Source: Octopus bimaculoides
Lineage: Eukaryota
Length of the DNA: 64,000 bases
Assembly: GCF_001194135.2 (NCBI RefSeq)
Contig: NC_068983.1
Span: 72,876,203-72,940,202, forward strand
Reading direction: 5' to 3'
Each line of letters opens with the position of its first letter. The first letter of the stretch is position 1. A program made the translations under genes and the position numbers. Positions 29,201-44,200 of this stretch are shown here, piece by piece. The notes under the pieces were generated by a model. The model ran no database searches and was not told the DNA's origin. It was given only the letters and a program-made list of their open reading frames with translations.

Positions 29201-32200
29201 TTTCATCCATGCTTGCATGGATCAGATGAGAGGATGTTGGTGCAGAGTTATCTGTGGCTGGATGTCTTTCTTGCCACCAACTTCTACATGAGGTTACGAT
29301 CTCCCAAACGCACACACACACACATATAAATGAATATGTGTGTGTATAATGTGTTGTTATTTACCTCCAATTCTGTTGTATTTTAGGCAACCTCTCATAT
29401 CCTTGCTTAGATTGAGATAAAATATTGCTGATATTCAATTTACAATTTCATCTTCTGTAGCTCTTTCTCTGTTATAACACCAAAATCATTACATTTGCAG
29501 TGTGATGTTGACAACCAGTCACAGCTTGTTGTAATCAGAGTGAAGGAAAATATGAAAGATCCTGAATTTCTAATCAGAACTAGTATTAAGGGAATTAATA
29601 CACCTGATTTGCTTCATTTTCAGGTTTGTAGCCTTTATTTCTTTGTTTGATATCATCATTCCATTTTTGTTATACCCAGAGGCACCCAAGATGCATAACC
29701 ACTGACCGCAGTAACTATTTTAAACTATGATATCAATTATTGTCATGTGTCCCTAGAGATATGCTGCAAAACACTGCTTACCCAACTGATGTCAATCACT
29801 TATTTTGCCTACTCCACTGTTGATTTGATTAAAACTAGGAACGACATTTAGCTATAAACAAATATTTTCTCAACAGATACATACTAGAATGTTACCTGTT
29901 ATATGATGGGTAACATTGGAAGTATACTTATGCCACTATGGTCAATATTAGGAAATATGGCACCTGTGCAATAATTATAATTCAACTTTTATCAAATTTC
30001 TTGATATTTATTTATACAAAATAATGAAATGGATATTAATTTTCAAAAGAAAAATATTTATTACCATAAAATTAAATAACACAAATTTCTCATTTCTATA
30101 ACCATCATTTACTCCCTCTCCTCCTCCTCTCTCTATGATTTTTCCTCCTTCATTGTGCATGTGTGTACAGCGTTCCTTTACCCATTGCCTAATAACTGCA
30201 CTCATCCTACACTTCTTATGATAACTCTTTCCATATCTCTCTTTTACTCTCTCTGTACGATGTAAAGCTTGATTAGAAAAATCATCAAACCAACCAACCA
30301 ACCAATGTTTATATTAGCTATTATTATACAGAGATCTCTAAATTATTGTAAGATTCATATTGACCAGAACTTTAAATTTTGCCTGATGGCTTATTCAACC
30401 ACTTTGACCAAACAAAGCAGAACTTGAAGGGAGAGATTTAAAGCCCTAGTCAACATGAATTTTACAATAAATTTGACTCTACCTTCAGTATCAAGCTCCC
30501 TACCCATCAATAAATGTTCTGTTTTTATTCTTTAACTTACTTTAAAATAATAACCTCAATTTGACATTTATCTGTGTAAATTATCAAGAACCCTCTCATC
30601 TGTATTAGCATGGAAAACAAATAAATACAGTAAAGGAAATTGGTAAATTGGTGACAGTCAAACTGTATTATTAGCTGAAATATCAACTCATTCATTACAT
30701 TCACTTTGAACTAGGTTTCACAGCCTTTTCCCCCATTCTGTCATCAGTACCATAGCTTTTTAAGTCATTGCTGTGTTGTTGTTTAGTCTCATGTCAAACT
30801 TGATTGGACAGACCTAGGGTCAAAGGCAGTCCAGACATAACCATTTCATCTTTTTTCTATATCAGGGACATTTGGAAGCTATTTCTAGTAGGTCTACTGA
30901 CTGGGTAGAAGCCAAGTTCAACATCTCATTAAGTAGAATTGTAACCTGTTGTCAGTCAAGCTACCCACATATAACACACTAACACCAATGGTTTTTTACA
31001 GTTATAGAAGATTGATGAAAATCATCTCAATTATGTCATAGTTAAGAGAATGAAAACAAACAACTTATATTACACATATAACAGAGCATGTTAGTTTTAT
31101 TTCTTTCCAGTCTTTTCAGTCCTCTGAATTCAAGGCCCATGTTTCACCACCATGCAAACATTGCACTTCTAACATAAGTGTCGTACAATCTGCCCTTCAC
31201 TTTGAGGGAAAAGACTTGTTACCAGGAGATTGATAAAATATATTACATGTCATTCATTGCACATAATATTCAGCAAATTGACATCAATAGATGAGCTAAT
31301 GAGAGAGCCTCAACATGCTAAAGTTAGCAACCAAACATGCTAAAAATAGCAACCAAATTTCCCTCTGATCACACCCTACAGTCAGGATATGATTTAAAAT
31401 AGGAATGACATGTTGAATAATGTAATCCCTGATAGTCTGTTTCTGAAGAAAATAAAGATGGTCATGAAATGCCATTTGATCTTAAGTTAGCTCATTCAGA
31501 GTTGACAAAGGACTAATAAAGAAAAACAGTCATTTGTATACAAACACTGCTGATTATCATTGCCTTTGTAGAAAGAAAATCTTGTTGAATATTTTTTTTT
31601 TCAGACTTTAAAACAAGTTCTCATCATTGGAAGCAACATACAGACTTCTCTGCAGCTTTTTAATTTTGCCAAGGATTTTAAGTTAATTAAACTTGCTAAT
31701 GTGGTAGGTATTGTGTTTGATTCTTTTTTTCTCTTTCTTTTTTTTGTATTGTTTAAAAGAAATATTCTTTACCAACTCCTTGATTAATTTTTCTTTTTAA
31801 CAAATAAAATTGTGAAAGAGCTGTTCCTTTTATTTAGATAATTGTCTTTTATATAGGCACACAGGAAAAATCACAGAAATGTAAATTGAATTTATGATTT
31901 TTTTTCTTATTTTTTCCTTTAATGACACTGATGGTGAAACTAAATAAGAAATATCAACAGCTAGAAATCAAAACTAAGCTAGTGACTTCACTTGTGAGGT
32001 TACTCCTACATGTATCTTTATTATAATGTGATTTATTATTGAGCTGGTAGAACTGTTAATGCAGTGAAACAAAGTGTTTAGTGGCTTTTCTTCTGGCTCT
32101 TTTCAGTCTGAGTTTAAATACTGCTAATTTCAACTTTGCTTTACATCCTTTTAGAGTCAATAAAATAAAGTACCAGTCAAGTGTTGGGTTCAATATAATC

Positions 32201-35200
32201 AAATGACCCCATCCTCACAAAAATTTTCAGGCCTTGTGCCTATAGTAGAGAGAATTATTATTAGAGTACTGGATTGGCAGAATCATAAATATGTCAGACA
32301 AATTGACTTGTGGTATTTCCTCCGGTACCTTCTAGGTACAAGACTAACTCGATGACAAATTGCAAAAAAACATTCAGTTAAGAATCATATGTCAAAATGT
32401 ATAGATTCAACATAGCCACATGTAAAAAAAAAACTGTATAAAAGTGTTAATTTAAAGTGTCCTATTGCAGAAATGTTGCTTCTTGTCTAAATTAATTGTG
32501 AATATGATAGCCTTAATTGAATTATGTCACTTCTTTGTAGGAACTTGAAACCCACAGTCGTCCAAAAGGTGTTTGTAGTCTTCCACCAGAGTTTTCCACA
32601 AACAGCAGTAACGGTAACATGTTAATCATGCTAGGTAAACGCTCAGAGACAAGCCCTTCCATTTTCTCCACCTCCACAGAATCTAAGTATGAACTGTGGT
32701 TGCAGTGCTTTTCACTGGACAACGCACAAAGTAAGTTGATTTATTATTTTATTTCTAACAGAGATGGATTAACCCTTTCATCACTATATTTCTGTTGAAA
32801 TGCACTGCCTTTTTTTCAATTATTTTTTAAAATATTAAACTAATGCTGACCTCATTCATCTGGGGTTTGGAACATAAATTAACATGAAATTTTAATGGAA
32901 ATTTTCAATTAGATTACTTTAAAATGTGAAATTTTTATCAGGACCAAGGGCGGTTTCAGGCAAGTTGGTATCTAAAGGGTTAAACACAAAGAAGTGTGTT
33001 TGTATCTTTCGTGTAATACAAGTGATATTGGTTGTTATTATTGAGCCCCAAGTCAACCACATTCAAGCAGAACTATGATTAAATGTCTTCCACCCATGAC
33101 CATCACATTTCCATGTATATCAGTGTATCCTTTATTTAAAACAGTGTGATGTGATTTGAGTGAAATTTGACTTTAATTCAAGTAGGTTTACCAATAGTAT
33201 TGAGCGGTGGTCATGATGGGTGTTTGCTTTAATAAAGATATGCTTCTGACAAACTAAGCTTGCAACATGGTATCAGTAACCAGTTGTAGCTATTTCTTTA
33301 TAGTTATGCTAACTTCTATGTTTAGATCTGATTAGGAAATACACTATTTTGTCATGCTCTTTCATCTACTATATTGTACAGCTACTTAGTGACTCTCTCA
33401 TGAAGTTTATGTTTCACAGATGATGTCTATTAAGATTGAAACACGTCTAGTGTTGTCTCCCATATTTGCTGAAAATATTAAAATATTTGTCATTAACCTA
33501 ATATTGCCTTTTCTTTCTTTTTACATAAGCATTTCTAGCTATAGTTTTGAAGCTCTCTACATTAAAATATGTTAACTAAGATGAAACATTTGACTGTCAC
33601 CCTAATATACAAGATAGATAATTTTACACACAAACTGGTAACAAGGTATCCTATAAATAATTACATGTTAAAATTATCATATGCATATTTTTTTTGTTTT
33701 CATATTCTCTTGAACCTTTTTATATTTCATTTGAAATATTAATCCTCCCACTTGTATATATTGGATCATCCCATAAATAATGCAATTTTTTCAATTGCAT
33801 GAACTAAAAGTCGGACTTATACTTTGTTAGCCTAGTACTTATTCTATTGGTCTCTTTTTGCCGAACTGCTAAGTTATGGGGATGTAAACACACCAACATC
33901 AGTTGTCAAGCAATGGTGGAGGGGGGGACAGAGATACACAAACATATATATAGGATGGGCTTCTTTCAGTTTCCGTCTACCAAATCCAATCACAAGGCTA
34001 TAGTAGATAATACTTGCCCAAAGTGCCATGCAGTGGGATTAAACCCAGAATCATGTGGTTGGAAGCAAGCTTCTTACCACACCTGCACCTGTATATTTGT
34101 AAATGTTTAGAACATTTTACTGCTATGTTTACATATATGTTCTTGTGCACTACTATCATTTTTCTTTTGACCCAACATATGGAAGATTAGCTGCCTCGGA
34201 TCTTTGTGATTTGACGGGCAACACTTGTTTTCTTAACGAAACACTTTCAAACTTGGGACACTGGTAGAATGTGTCATACAAAACAACTTTTTCTCTTAGC
34301 CTTCTTAACAAAAAAATGTACATCGCAAGTTATTTCATGTTAAAGTTGTCGTATTTCTGTAATTTCAACCAATCACTGACGTCTATTCAGCTGAATACAG
34401 TCAGTGCTGGCCGGTCATAAAAATATTATTCCCTATGACATATTTCATCCGGTTTAATCGTAATTTATACGCATATATTGTTTATATAATAAATTACGCT
34501 GTGCGTATCTGTGTGTGTATATTTTTCCCATAACCTCACTCATAACCCTAACCCCAACCCTAACCCTAACTCTAAAACCTGAACCCTAACTCTAAAACCC
34601 GAACCCTAAACTAGAGTTTGATTTGAAGAAGATTTGGCTTCAAATTCTAGGAAATGAAGCACTTGGTGGAGGTGCATTAATAATTCTGGTAGCTCCAATA
34701 ACAAGTGCAGGCAATATTCAAGTATTTTGATGGCTTTTTCCCCTTTGTTTACAAACAGTCTAGTTAATCAGAAATGTCAGAACTAACGGGGACTAATACC
34801 ATATACACCGTCACAGCAGTTACTGTATTCAACTGAATAGACGTCAGTGATTAGTTGAAATTATCAAAATAAGACAATTTTTAACGTGAAATAACTTCGA
34901 ATACAAATTTTATTATCTGTAGTATACCAGAAAATATACAAGTATACGAAGTTTGAAAGTGTTTCGGTACCAAAAACACTACATAAAAAAATGTTGCCCG
35001 TCAAATCACAAAGGTCCGCTGCCTCTATTTTTGCCCCACTTGTTTGATTGCTTGAGTGTATGTTCAGTTTTCTTAGAAATTATCCAATCCAGCAAGTTGA
35101 CATCTTTATACCTTTGCTTACAACTCGCTACATCCACTCCTTACTTGTCTCTGAACCTCTGCTACTGTGCAACTCTCTTTTACCCCTTTCCTACACTCCA

Positions 35201-38200
35201 CATCATATTCTTATTTCTCATCTGTCTATGGTTTTATTATGCTGCTGCTCCCCCCCCCACTTCTTGTGCTATCACTTGTCTCCCCCCCCACTTCTTGTGC
35301 TATCACTTGTCTCCCCCCCCCNNNNNNNNNNNNNNNNNNNNNNNNNNNNNNNNNNNNNNNNNNNNNNNNNCCCCCCCCACTTCTTGTGCTATCACTTGTC
35401 TCCCCCCCCACTTCTTGTGCTATCACTTGTCTCCCCTTCGATCATCCACCCCCCAACCTCCAACTGATATTCATCGTTTACCACATCTCCACCATGTTCA
35501 CTACATTCATCTATATTCCCCATCGCTAACCATCTGTCACTCTCCTTCACATTATTTGCAAACTTACCCATCCACCTTTCCCAATCCTCTAGTCTCTCTT
35601 ATATATTCACCTTCTTGCAAACTTGGTACACCCTGATATCTTCTCACCACCAACATTTCTCTATAGTAAAACACCTGTTCCTAACACATTTTAGCCTCTT
35701 AACACTTGGTGCAAAGCCACATCCTTCAATACTGCACACTGATTCAGTCAAGAGGTCTTGTTTTGCAAATTAGTGAGTGACCTCATTAGTGCTGGTGCTA
35801 CAGAAAAAAAGCACCAGTACATTCTGTGAAGTGGTTCACATTAGGAAGGGCATAAAAAAAAGTAAGGATTTATACAAACAAATGAAATTTAAGTAGAAAT
35901 ATATTCACACACACATAATTACTTTCAGATGTTGGGCACTTAGAGCATAAATATTCTTAGATATTTTATACCATTTTATCTTGTAGCTTCAAGATTTCGA
36001 TGACATGATTGTTTATTTTTAGAATGACATTGTAGGGTAGGTATGAGAAGCCAAATCTAGATGGTTTGAACATAAAACAAGGTAGAACATTTGGGCCAGA
36101 TATGACAAGTTTAAATGTTAAAGGGTTAAGATGAACTTCAATGATTTGGCTTCTATTTCTTGCTGGTTGAACAACTACATTGAGGCTCCCTCGTTGGCTT
36201 GCATTTGCCAGTATATGCAAGTGTGTTAAGTCCATTGGACATGTACATCATACAAATAATACACATTTGCAGGAACTGATGTGGCATTTTGCTTAGATAA
36301 GAGTATCCTTCTCTCTATCTATACACCCATCTCAGCTTTCAGTCTTTAATAAATCCAGTGTTAATAATATTTGGAAAGATGGCTGAATCAGTAGAGCAAC
36401 AAACAATATCGATAGTGATATATATCATATCAAGGCGACGAGCTGGCAGAAACGTTAGCACGCTGGGCGAAATGCTTAGCGGTATTTCGTCTGCTGCTAC
36501 GTTCTGAGTTCAAATTCTGCCGAGGTCGACTTTGCCTTTCATCTTTTCGGGGTCGATTAAATAAGTACCAGTTATGCACTGGGGTCGATATAATCGACTC
36601 AATCCGTTTGTCTGTCTTTGTTTGTCCCCTCTGTGTGTAGCCCCTTGTGGGCAGTAAAGAAATAACAAACAATATCCATAGTGGTATTTGGATACAACCC
36701 TTAACTCTTTTGATACCAACTTACCTGTGACCACCCTTGGTTCTATAATGTAAAAACTCTGTTTTAAAGTGATCCAACCTAAAAACTTGCATCGAAATTT
36801 CTTATTAATTTATGTTCCAATCACCAGCTTAACATAGTTATTTTACTAAATTCTTCATTATTTTCAAAATTAATTTAAACAAAGGCAAGGTATTTCAATA
36901 GAAATATGGTAATGAAAGTTAAAACCTGTCTGATATGGTTTAGTTAGTTTCCCCTTACCTTTCATCTTTCCACAGTCAACAAAATAAGTGCTGGTGTCAC
37001 TAGAATTGACTATACTCTAGAAGGTGGTATTCCAGTATGGCCAGTGTTCATTGCCTGAGGTTTTTCTCCAGCCATACTTTCTACTTGTTTATTTCCAACT
37101 TAGCTCTCATAAAATATTTTAATTATCAATGATTTCCATAATGTAAAATAGTTTACTGATGGAACTGTAAGTTATTTAGGTGAGAACATTTGTTTTAAAT
37201 AATTGTCCATTAAGAAGCTGCTTCTACATTCTTCACCTTGATAAACAATGAATATTTTTTCTGGTAGTCAAACGTTACTTATAAATATTGTAAAGTTTAT
37301 TGTCTGTTATGTTTTCCATCTTGGAGCTTCATGGTCATCAATAAAATAGTATAGAGATTAACTTAAGAAACTATTCCTCTTTGGTGCCTGTCTTAAGTCA
37401 AGGACCAATGCTTCTTAATCATCAAACATGATTTCTTCAGTCTTGGATTAATTCTAAATACTCTGTATAATTGAAAATAGTTTGTTTCTAATTTCTTACT
37501 CACAAAACTGGTTTACCGCTTGCCTGCCTGAGATATCTCTTTGGAATGTGTGACACAGAGTCAATTACTAGACTGTGCAATTTATCTGATCCTCTTCACT
37601 GCTCTCAGAATGTTATTTTCGTTATAGTGTGTTGTCTTGGTTACTATATTGCTTAGAATTTTGTCTGAACTACTTGTTCTTGTTGATTTAGGCTATCATC
37701 AAGTAACCATGTTATTTATTCTCATGCATATGGGATGTAAAGATTTTCTTTTTTTTTTTCTGTTATTTTGAGATGGAAAACATAAATATGGCATTTATTG
37801 AAATAGTATTGTTTAATATGTTTCTTATATAGTCACAGGTTTACAAGAAAGGAGTTAGGAAGTGCCTAGACTGTGACATTTTTTTCAAGAGCATTAGGAA
37901 TATTAGGGAAACTGATTCATCTAAAATCTAAAATTGCTTCAATCTTTTTCTGAGAAATTACTGCCACAATATTTTGTTGTCCGTGTGTGTGAGTGTGTTA
38001 GCTGTATATCATACTTAAAGCATATATACTATTGAAACCTTCTAAACTGCAGTATTTGTCTCAAGAAAGTATCTCTTATAGATGTATAGTGTTAAAAACA
38101 CATATCAACAGCAGATGAAAATTATTCAGCAACAACAGTGGCATTGCTACTTCTTTGAGCTTCATCAATAGCAGGTATCACTAGCATCATATGCTTAGCA

Positions 38201-41200
38201 AAAATCAGCTGTTTGCTGATGTAATTAAACAGGAATTGAAAGGTCACTGATTTCACATTTAGCCAGCAAGCTGAATAAGATTCATTATTAGTGATGGAAG
38301 CAACATTAACTCAAATTAGCGATCTATGTATCATACTTAAAGCATATATATTGTTGAAACCTTCTAAATTGCAGTATTCATCTCAAGAAACTATCTCTTA
38401 CAGACATATAGTATTAAAAACACAAATATATCAGTAGCTGACAAAAATCATCCAGCATTGGAGGTGACATTGCTAAATCCAGATTTCAGCTTGTTTGAGC
38501 TTCAACATGTGTTATTGTTTAGCCATGGTTGAGCCCTTGGTCAACTCTGATTGAACAAACCTATGATCAAGGGCATTCTATATTTACACACTCTGTTTAA
38601 AGTAATTTATACATACATTTACTGTTCAGTCTTAATATGATCATCACTACATCACTAAAAAACAATAAGATCTCAATTCAGTTATTGAGATTACAGGCTC
38701 TGAAATTGACATGAGAAATTTTATTAAATGATGTAATTTTCAGTGTTAGAATAATGAACAAACCTCAAGCAAATCTCACCTATAACATCAAATACAGATT
38801 CAAAACAAATGTTTTCAAAATAGACATGCATAATTCCAAACAATAACATGTGCTGTCATCATCATCATCATCACCATCATTATCATACAGCCACTTTCCA
38901 TATTGGTGTTGTGATAAGGTTATGAGTCAGTTCTCACTCAGAGTTTGTGCTCCCTAGATGGGTCAAAGGATCACATGTGCATGTTTCACTTTGGGCTTGA
39001 TTTCTATAATTGGATGACCTTCCTATCACCAACCACTTTTACAAAGTATATTGATTACATTTTATTGTAGTACTAACACAACAGAGAGTGTCATATCCGC
39101 GATAAGATTTAGAAGTCGTATCAACATAATTTCTTTTTTCTTTCCTTCAAAAGCCTGGAACTAGAGTATATTATGCTTTGTGTACTGAGATTTAACCCTT
39201 TCGTTACCAACCCGGCTGAAACCGGCTCTGGCTCTGAGTACAAATGTCTTATTTTCAAAAGTTCTGAATAAAAATCTTCCACCAGACCTTAGTCACAATT
39301 TATGTTCCTAACACTACCTTAATGATAACTAAGTTATTTTACTAAATTCTTTGGTATATTTAAAGTAATTGAAAGAAACACAGAGCATCTCAAAATAAAT
39401 ACAGTAACGAAAGGGTTAATAAACCAGCTACCATTTGTTGGTATTGATATTGTCTGGTGGTGTTAGTGGCGTGACTGATATATTTTTGATAACTAGAAAA
39501 GGCACAATAAAACAAAACGCTTTGCATATTCCTATAGAGTTTTTGCATGGTACATGATTCTTATTGATACATCTGTTTTAGTATGTTTAGATAATACATA
39601 CATGTTTTTAGTATGTTTAGATAATAGAACAGTCTTTTCTTTGTTTGTCTGCTCCTTGTAGAACCTTGCTATTTATATATGTGCCTTCCAAATCTTCTTA
39701 TGCAATCCTTTCTGTCAGCTTCCATCTTTCTGTATTTCTGCTAATTCTCCCTTATTCAAGATAGAAAGCTTTGTTTTATTCTACTCTTTGTTGATGTTTC
39801 GTAAAAGAAATGCTTTACATGACAGAGTTGCCAATCACACACACCTCAACCTGTAGAACCAAGTTTGTATGTAGCAGACTTTTACTCTACCAGGCCTACT
39901 GACAAATAGTAGGTGCCTTTCTTTGAACCTTTAATGGGAACTCCATATTTACAAAGGGAAAAATACAATGGTGTTTATATAGAAAGATCAAGGGTCATGT
40001 TAAGTTAGGTAAACAAATATTTCACTTGCTTATCAAAGTATTACATTATAGAAGTATGGCCCACAATTGTAAATTTCAGTAAAAAAAGGGGGTGCATATT
40101 TTAGCATAATTAAGGAGGGTGAAGCTGCACTTACAATCATGAAAGTGTGGTTTTAATTCTCAGACCAGTTGTGTGTTGTGTTCTTGAGCAAGGCACATTG
40201 TTTCACGTTGCTCCACTCTACTCAGCTGTAAATGGGTAACCCTACAACAGATTAGCCTTCCGATCAGGACATTGTTGGTCTGCTTGCCTAGCCAGTAGGG
40301 TAGCATCATTCAAAAGCTAAAATGATGCAAAGTGCATTGTGACCAGCAATGTTTAACATCTGATATTCTGGTCGATGCCGTAATAATTAAGGATATAATG
40401 CTTAAGAGAGAGAGAGTTAATAGATAACTGTACAAAGAGTTTGAGGTTTCAAAATGAAGCAATCGAAAAACGTATGCCCTTTGAATATGAGAACATTCAT
40501 ATTACATAATTAAAACCAATCCAAATATCCTAAGTTGTGGTAATTTTCGGTGTTTAAGAAAATATGAGAGTAGCTGCTGATTTCACTGGAAGGGTACCAG
40601 CCACTAGCACTACGTTGAATCTGTAACAGAGACTATTAATTCACATTGCCTCAACATAATATTGTAGACATTGTTATATAACTAAAGACTTTCACGAGTT
40701 TATCCTACTAATCTGAAATCTTTGCAAGGGTAACATCTGTATTAAACTGGTGTCTTCTTTCGCAAAGTTTGAGGTAATTCTCACTTTTCTTGAAGCATAA
40801 CAATGCTCTGACACCATTTGGTGATTCAATGAGGGAACCTATATTTGATCACTCAACCTGCTAGAAATAACAGCTCAGTATCCCATAAATAACATATTAC
40901 CATCTTAAGGAAAGAACGGATGCATTTGATAATGTAGTTCTAAACACATTAATCTTGAAAAACAAATAGGAAATAGTTATTGCTGGAATGTTCTTGATCA
41001 TAATTCTGATCAACCAGAGCTAATTAATAACAACTATATAATTATGGCAGTGGGTAAAAGAAAAGCAAAAAATACATATTGTAGATAAGTACAGAACTGC
41101 AACATATTGTAACATTTCTAGTATAACATATTACTTGGTGATGTCACATACCGTGTGACACTCCACTATTTTGTCTTTTGCTTCAACAATTACTACAGAA

Positions 41201-44200
41201 TTTGTTAAAGAGTGTTGTATTCAAATTTTTGGATACTATTGTGAAACCATGGTACAATGATAACTAGAATCATAATATCATAAACGAAGTGTGCTGAAAA
41301 GTTCCTGACTTTAAGGGTATAGCGAAAGGTCTGGTTGGTGGCTCAACCTTCCAAGTTCTTTTACAGGGCTTAGAAAAACTGAAGGACTGCTGCAATAAGT
41401 GTGTGAATCTGAGAAGGAAATATGTTGGATAAAATCATAATTAACTGATCTTCCTGTATTTTCTTTTACCCAAAGCAAGGAACCTTTTAGCACCCCCTCG
41501 TGTATGTGTATATATGTGTGTGTGTGCAGCACTATTCGTGTGGAATATATGTATATATATGCATACACACACACATATATACTTTCTTATCTAATTTCAG
41601 CCTCAACTGAAATCCATCAAAGGCCTAACAAATCTGAACGTAATAAGACTAATGGTCATTCAGAATATCCAAACAATATTGCTGTAGTCAATTCACAGCA
41701 GAGTTCTGTAAGTACTAGTCCTGTTGGCTCTCCAGCAAATGACCTCAAAGAAGACAAAATTTTATTAGCTAAAAAACTTCTGCACCCTGTAAGCCCGCAG
41801 CTGTCATCTAAATGCATGATAGAAGAACTTGGAGAATCTGATAAGTTGAAAGAACTCGAGATAGAAAGGGCAGACTTTACTTCAACTAAACCTAACTTTG
41901 TCAACCCTACTTGTTTGTCTGAGTGGGGCTCGTGCAATGCAGACCTGACGACCAAGAATTCACATGAACGATCAAATGGATTGAGAGAATCTGCCAGTGA
42001 GTCTGGTTATTCTGTTAGCAGTCCCATTTCTCCAAGGTCTCCTTCAATTGTAAATGGTTATGATCAGAATGAAAATCAATCAGTGGATTATGGTTACCAA
42101 CATCTAGAAGATAAATTACAATTTCAGGTAAGCTGTTTTCAGAGCTTCAATGTTACTTTGAGAAAATTTTATCATTTGACATTGTAGACATGTTATTTCT
42201 GACATCAGTTTTCTAAATGTTCAATGAGTATAAAAATTTTACTTCTTGCATTAGTTGTTGAAAACTTGTTTTAATAATTTTTGAGTGTAAGGTAGTGAGC
42301 TTGCAGAATCGTTAGCGTGCCAGGTAAAATGCTTAGCAACATTTCGTCCATCTTTCTTCATCATCATCATTTAACGTCTGCTTTCCATGCTAGCATGGGT
42401 TGGACGATTTGACTGAGGACTGGTGAACCAGATGGCTGCACCAGGCTCCAATCTGATCTGGCAGAGTTTCTACAACTGGATGCCCTTCCTAACGCCAACC
42501 GCTCCGAGAGTGTAGTGGGTGCTTTTATGTGCCACTGGCACAAGGGCCAGTCAAGCGGTACTGGCAACGGCCACGCTCAAAATGGTGTATTTTATGTGCC
42601 ACCTGCACNNNNNNNNNNNNNNNNNNNNNNNNNNNNNNNNNNNNNNNNNNNNNNNNNNNNNNNNNNNNNNNNNNNNNNNNNNNNNNNNNNNNNNNNNNNN
42701 NNNNNNNNNNNNNNNNNNNNNNNNNNNNNNNNNNNNNNNNNNNNNNNNNNNNNNNNNNNNNNNNNNNNNNNNNNNNNNNNNNNNNNNNNNNNNNNNNNNN
42801 NNNNNNNNNNNNNNNNNNNNNNNNNNNNNNNNNNNNNNNNNNNNNNNNNNNNNNNNNNNNNNNNNNNNNNNNNNNNNNNNNNNNNNNNNNNNNNNNNNNN
42901 NNNNNNNNNNNNNNNNNNNNNNNNNNNNNNNNCGCAAGCGGAGTTTAGTGTCCAATGAAGGAAGATATGCATAAGTGGGCTGGCTACACCCCTGGCAGAG
43001 GCTTTGGATTTAGGTCTCACTTGGCTTGCCGGGTCTTCTCACGCACAGCATATTTCCAAAGGTCTTGGTCAAAAGTCATCGCCTTGGTGAGGCCCAATGT
43101 TCGAAGGTCATGCCTCACCACCTCATCCCAGGTCTTCCTGGGCCTACCTCTTCCACAGGTTCCCTCAACTGCTAGGGTGCTTTATGTTCTGAATTTGAAT
43201 TCCACTGGGGTCAACTTCGCCTTTCATCCTTTTGGAGCTTGATAAAAGGAATACCAGTTGAACATTGGGATTGATATAATCAACTTAGCCCCTCCCACAA
43301 AATTACTGGCCTTGTGCCAAAATTTGAGACCTATAATTTCTGTGTGTTATGTAATTATTTTTAACACTGTCATAAATCCATAAAATTTAGAGGCAGTTTC
43401 AGTCATTTAAAATGATTCCAATATTTGACTGGTACTTATTTTATTGACATGTAAATGATGAAAGATAAAATCAGATTCAGCAGAATTGGAACCTAGAAGC
43501 TAAAGTTATGCAACTAAATACTGTTTCTGTCACTCATCACCCTTGCTTTTACCATTCATGTATGATATGGCAGTGTTTCTTTCTTACAGAACAATACTCC
43601 TTAAAATCATTTTGTCTTACCCATCTGATCTAAAGACAGACTGAAAATAGCTGTAACATGTTACATCACTTGGTCCACAATCTGTTTTAAGTTGCCAACC
43701 ACCTTAAATAAATTCCAGTTATTGCCATATAAGAATAGCAAAATGGATACTTTCTTACCTATCATTTTGTATTCTCATAACCATTTTATGAGGGAGAGTT
43801 TGTTTTGTTACTGGACCTATGTATTTGATAAAATAATTTCATGCTATAAAGTAATTCAATCATCTTTTCTTTTACTTTTTTTTTACCATTTTCAATGTTT
43901 TAACAGCAATTTTCCCATACTAGTATGGTTTGGGATGGGTCTGCATATAGTGTAGTATCACTTGTTTAAATTTTTTTCCATATCTTCTGTGGGGCCTAGC
44001 ATCTTTATGATCTCATCAGTTCTTCCCGTGTCTTACTTGATGTTTAAAGAATACCCTCCACCAACATTAATTTGTATCATATATATTAACACTACAGGCA
44101 TTTCTCCAGTTCACATCAGCTGATGACATTAATGTCCAGTTCTGTCAGTTCATTCTTGTTCTACCTATCAACCATTTGTTGTTAAAGTGACTGAAGAGAA

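Noticed and set aside
34530-34612. Possible true telomere or chromosome-fusion scar
   Set aside because: Short, degenerate and enclosed by TIRs and a TSD, so it is part of a transposon.
35246-35437. Regular 31-bp repeats superficially like a CRISPR array
   Set aside because: No unique spacers and a eukaryotic context; it is a minisatellite.
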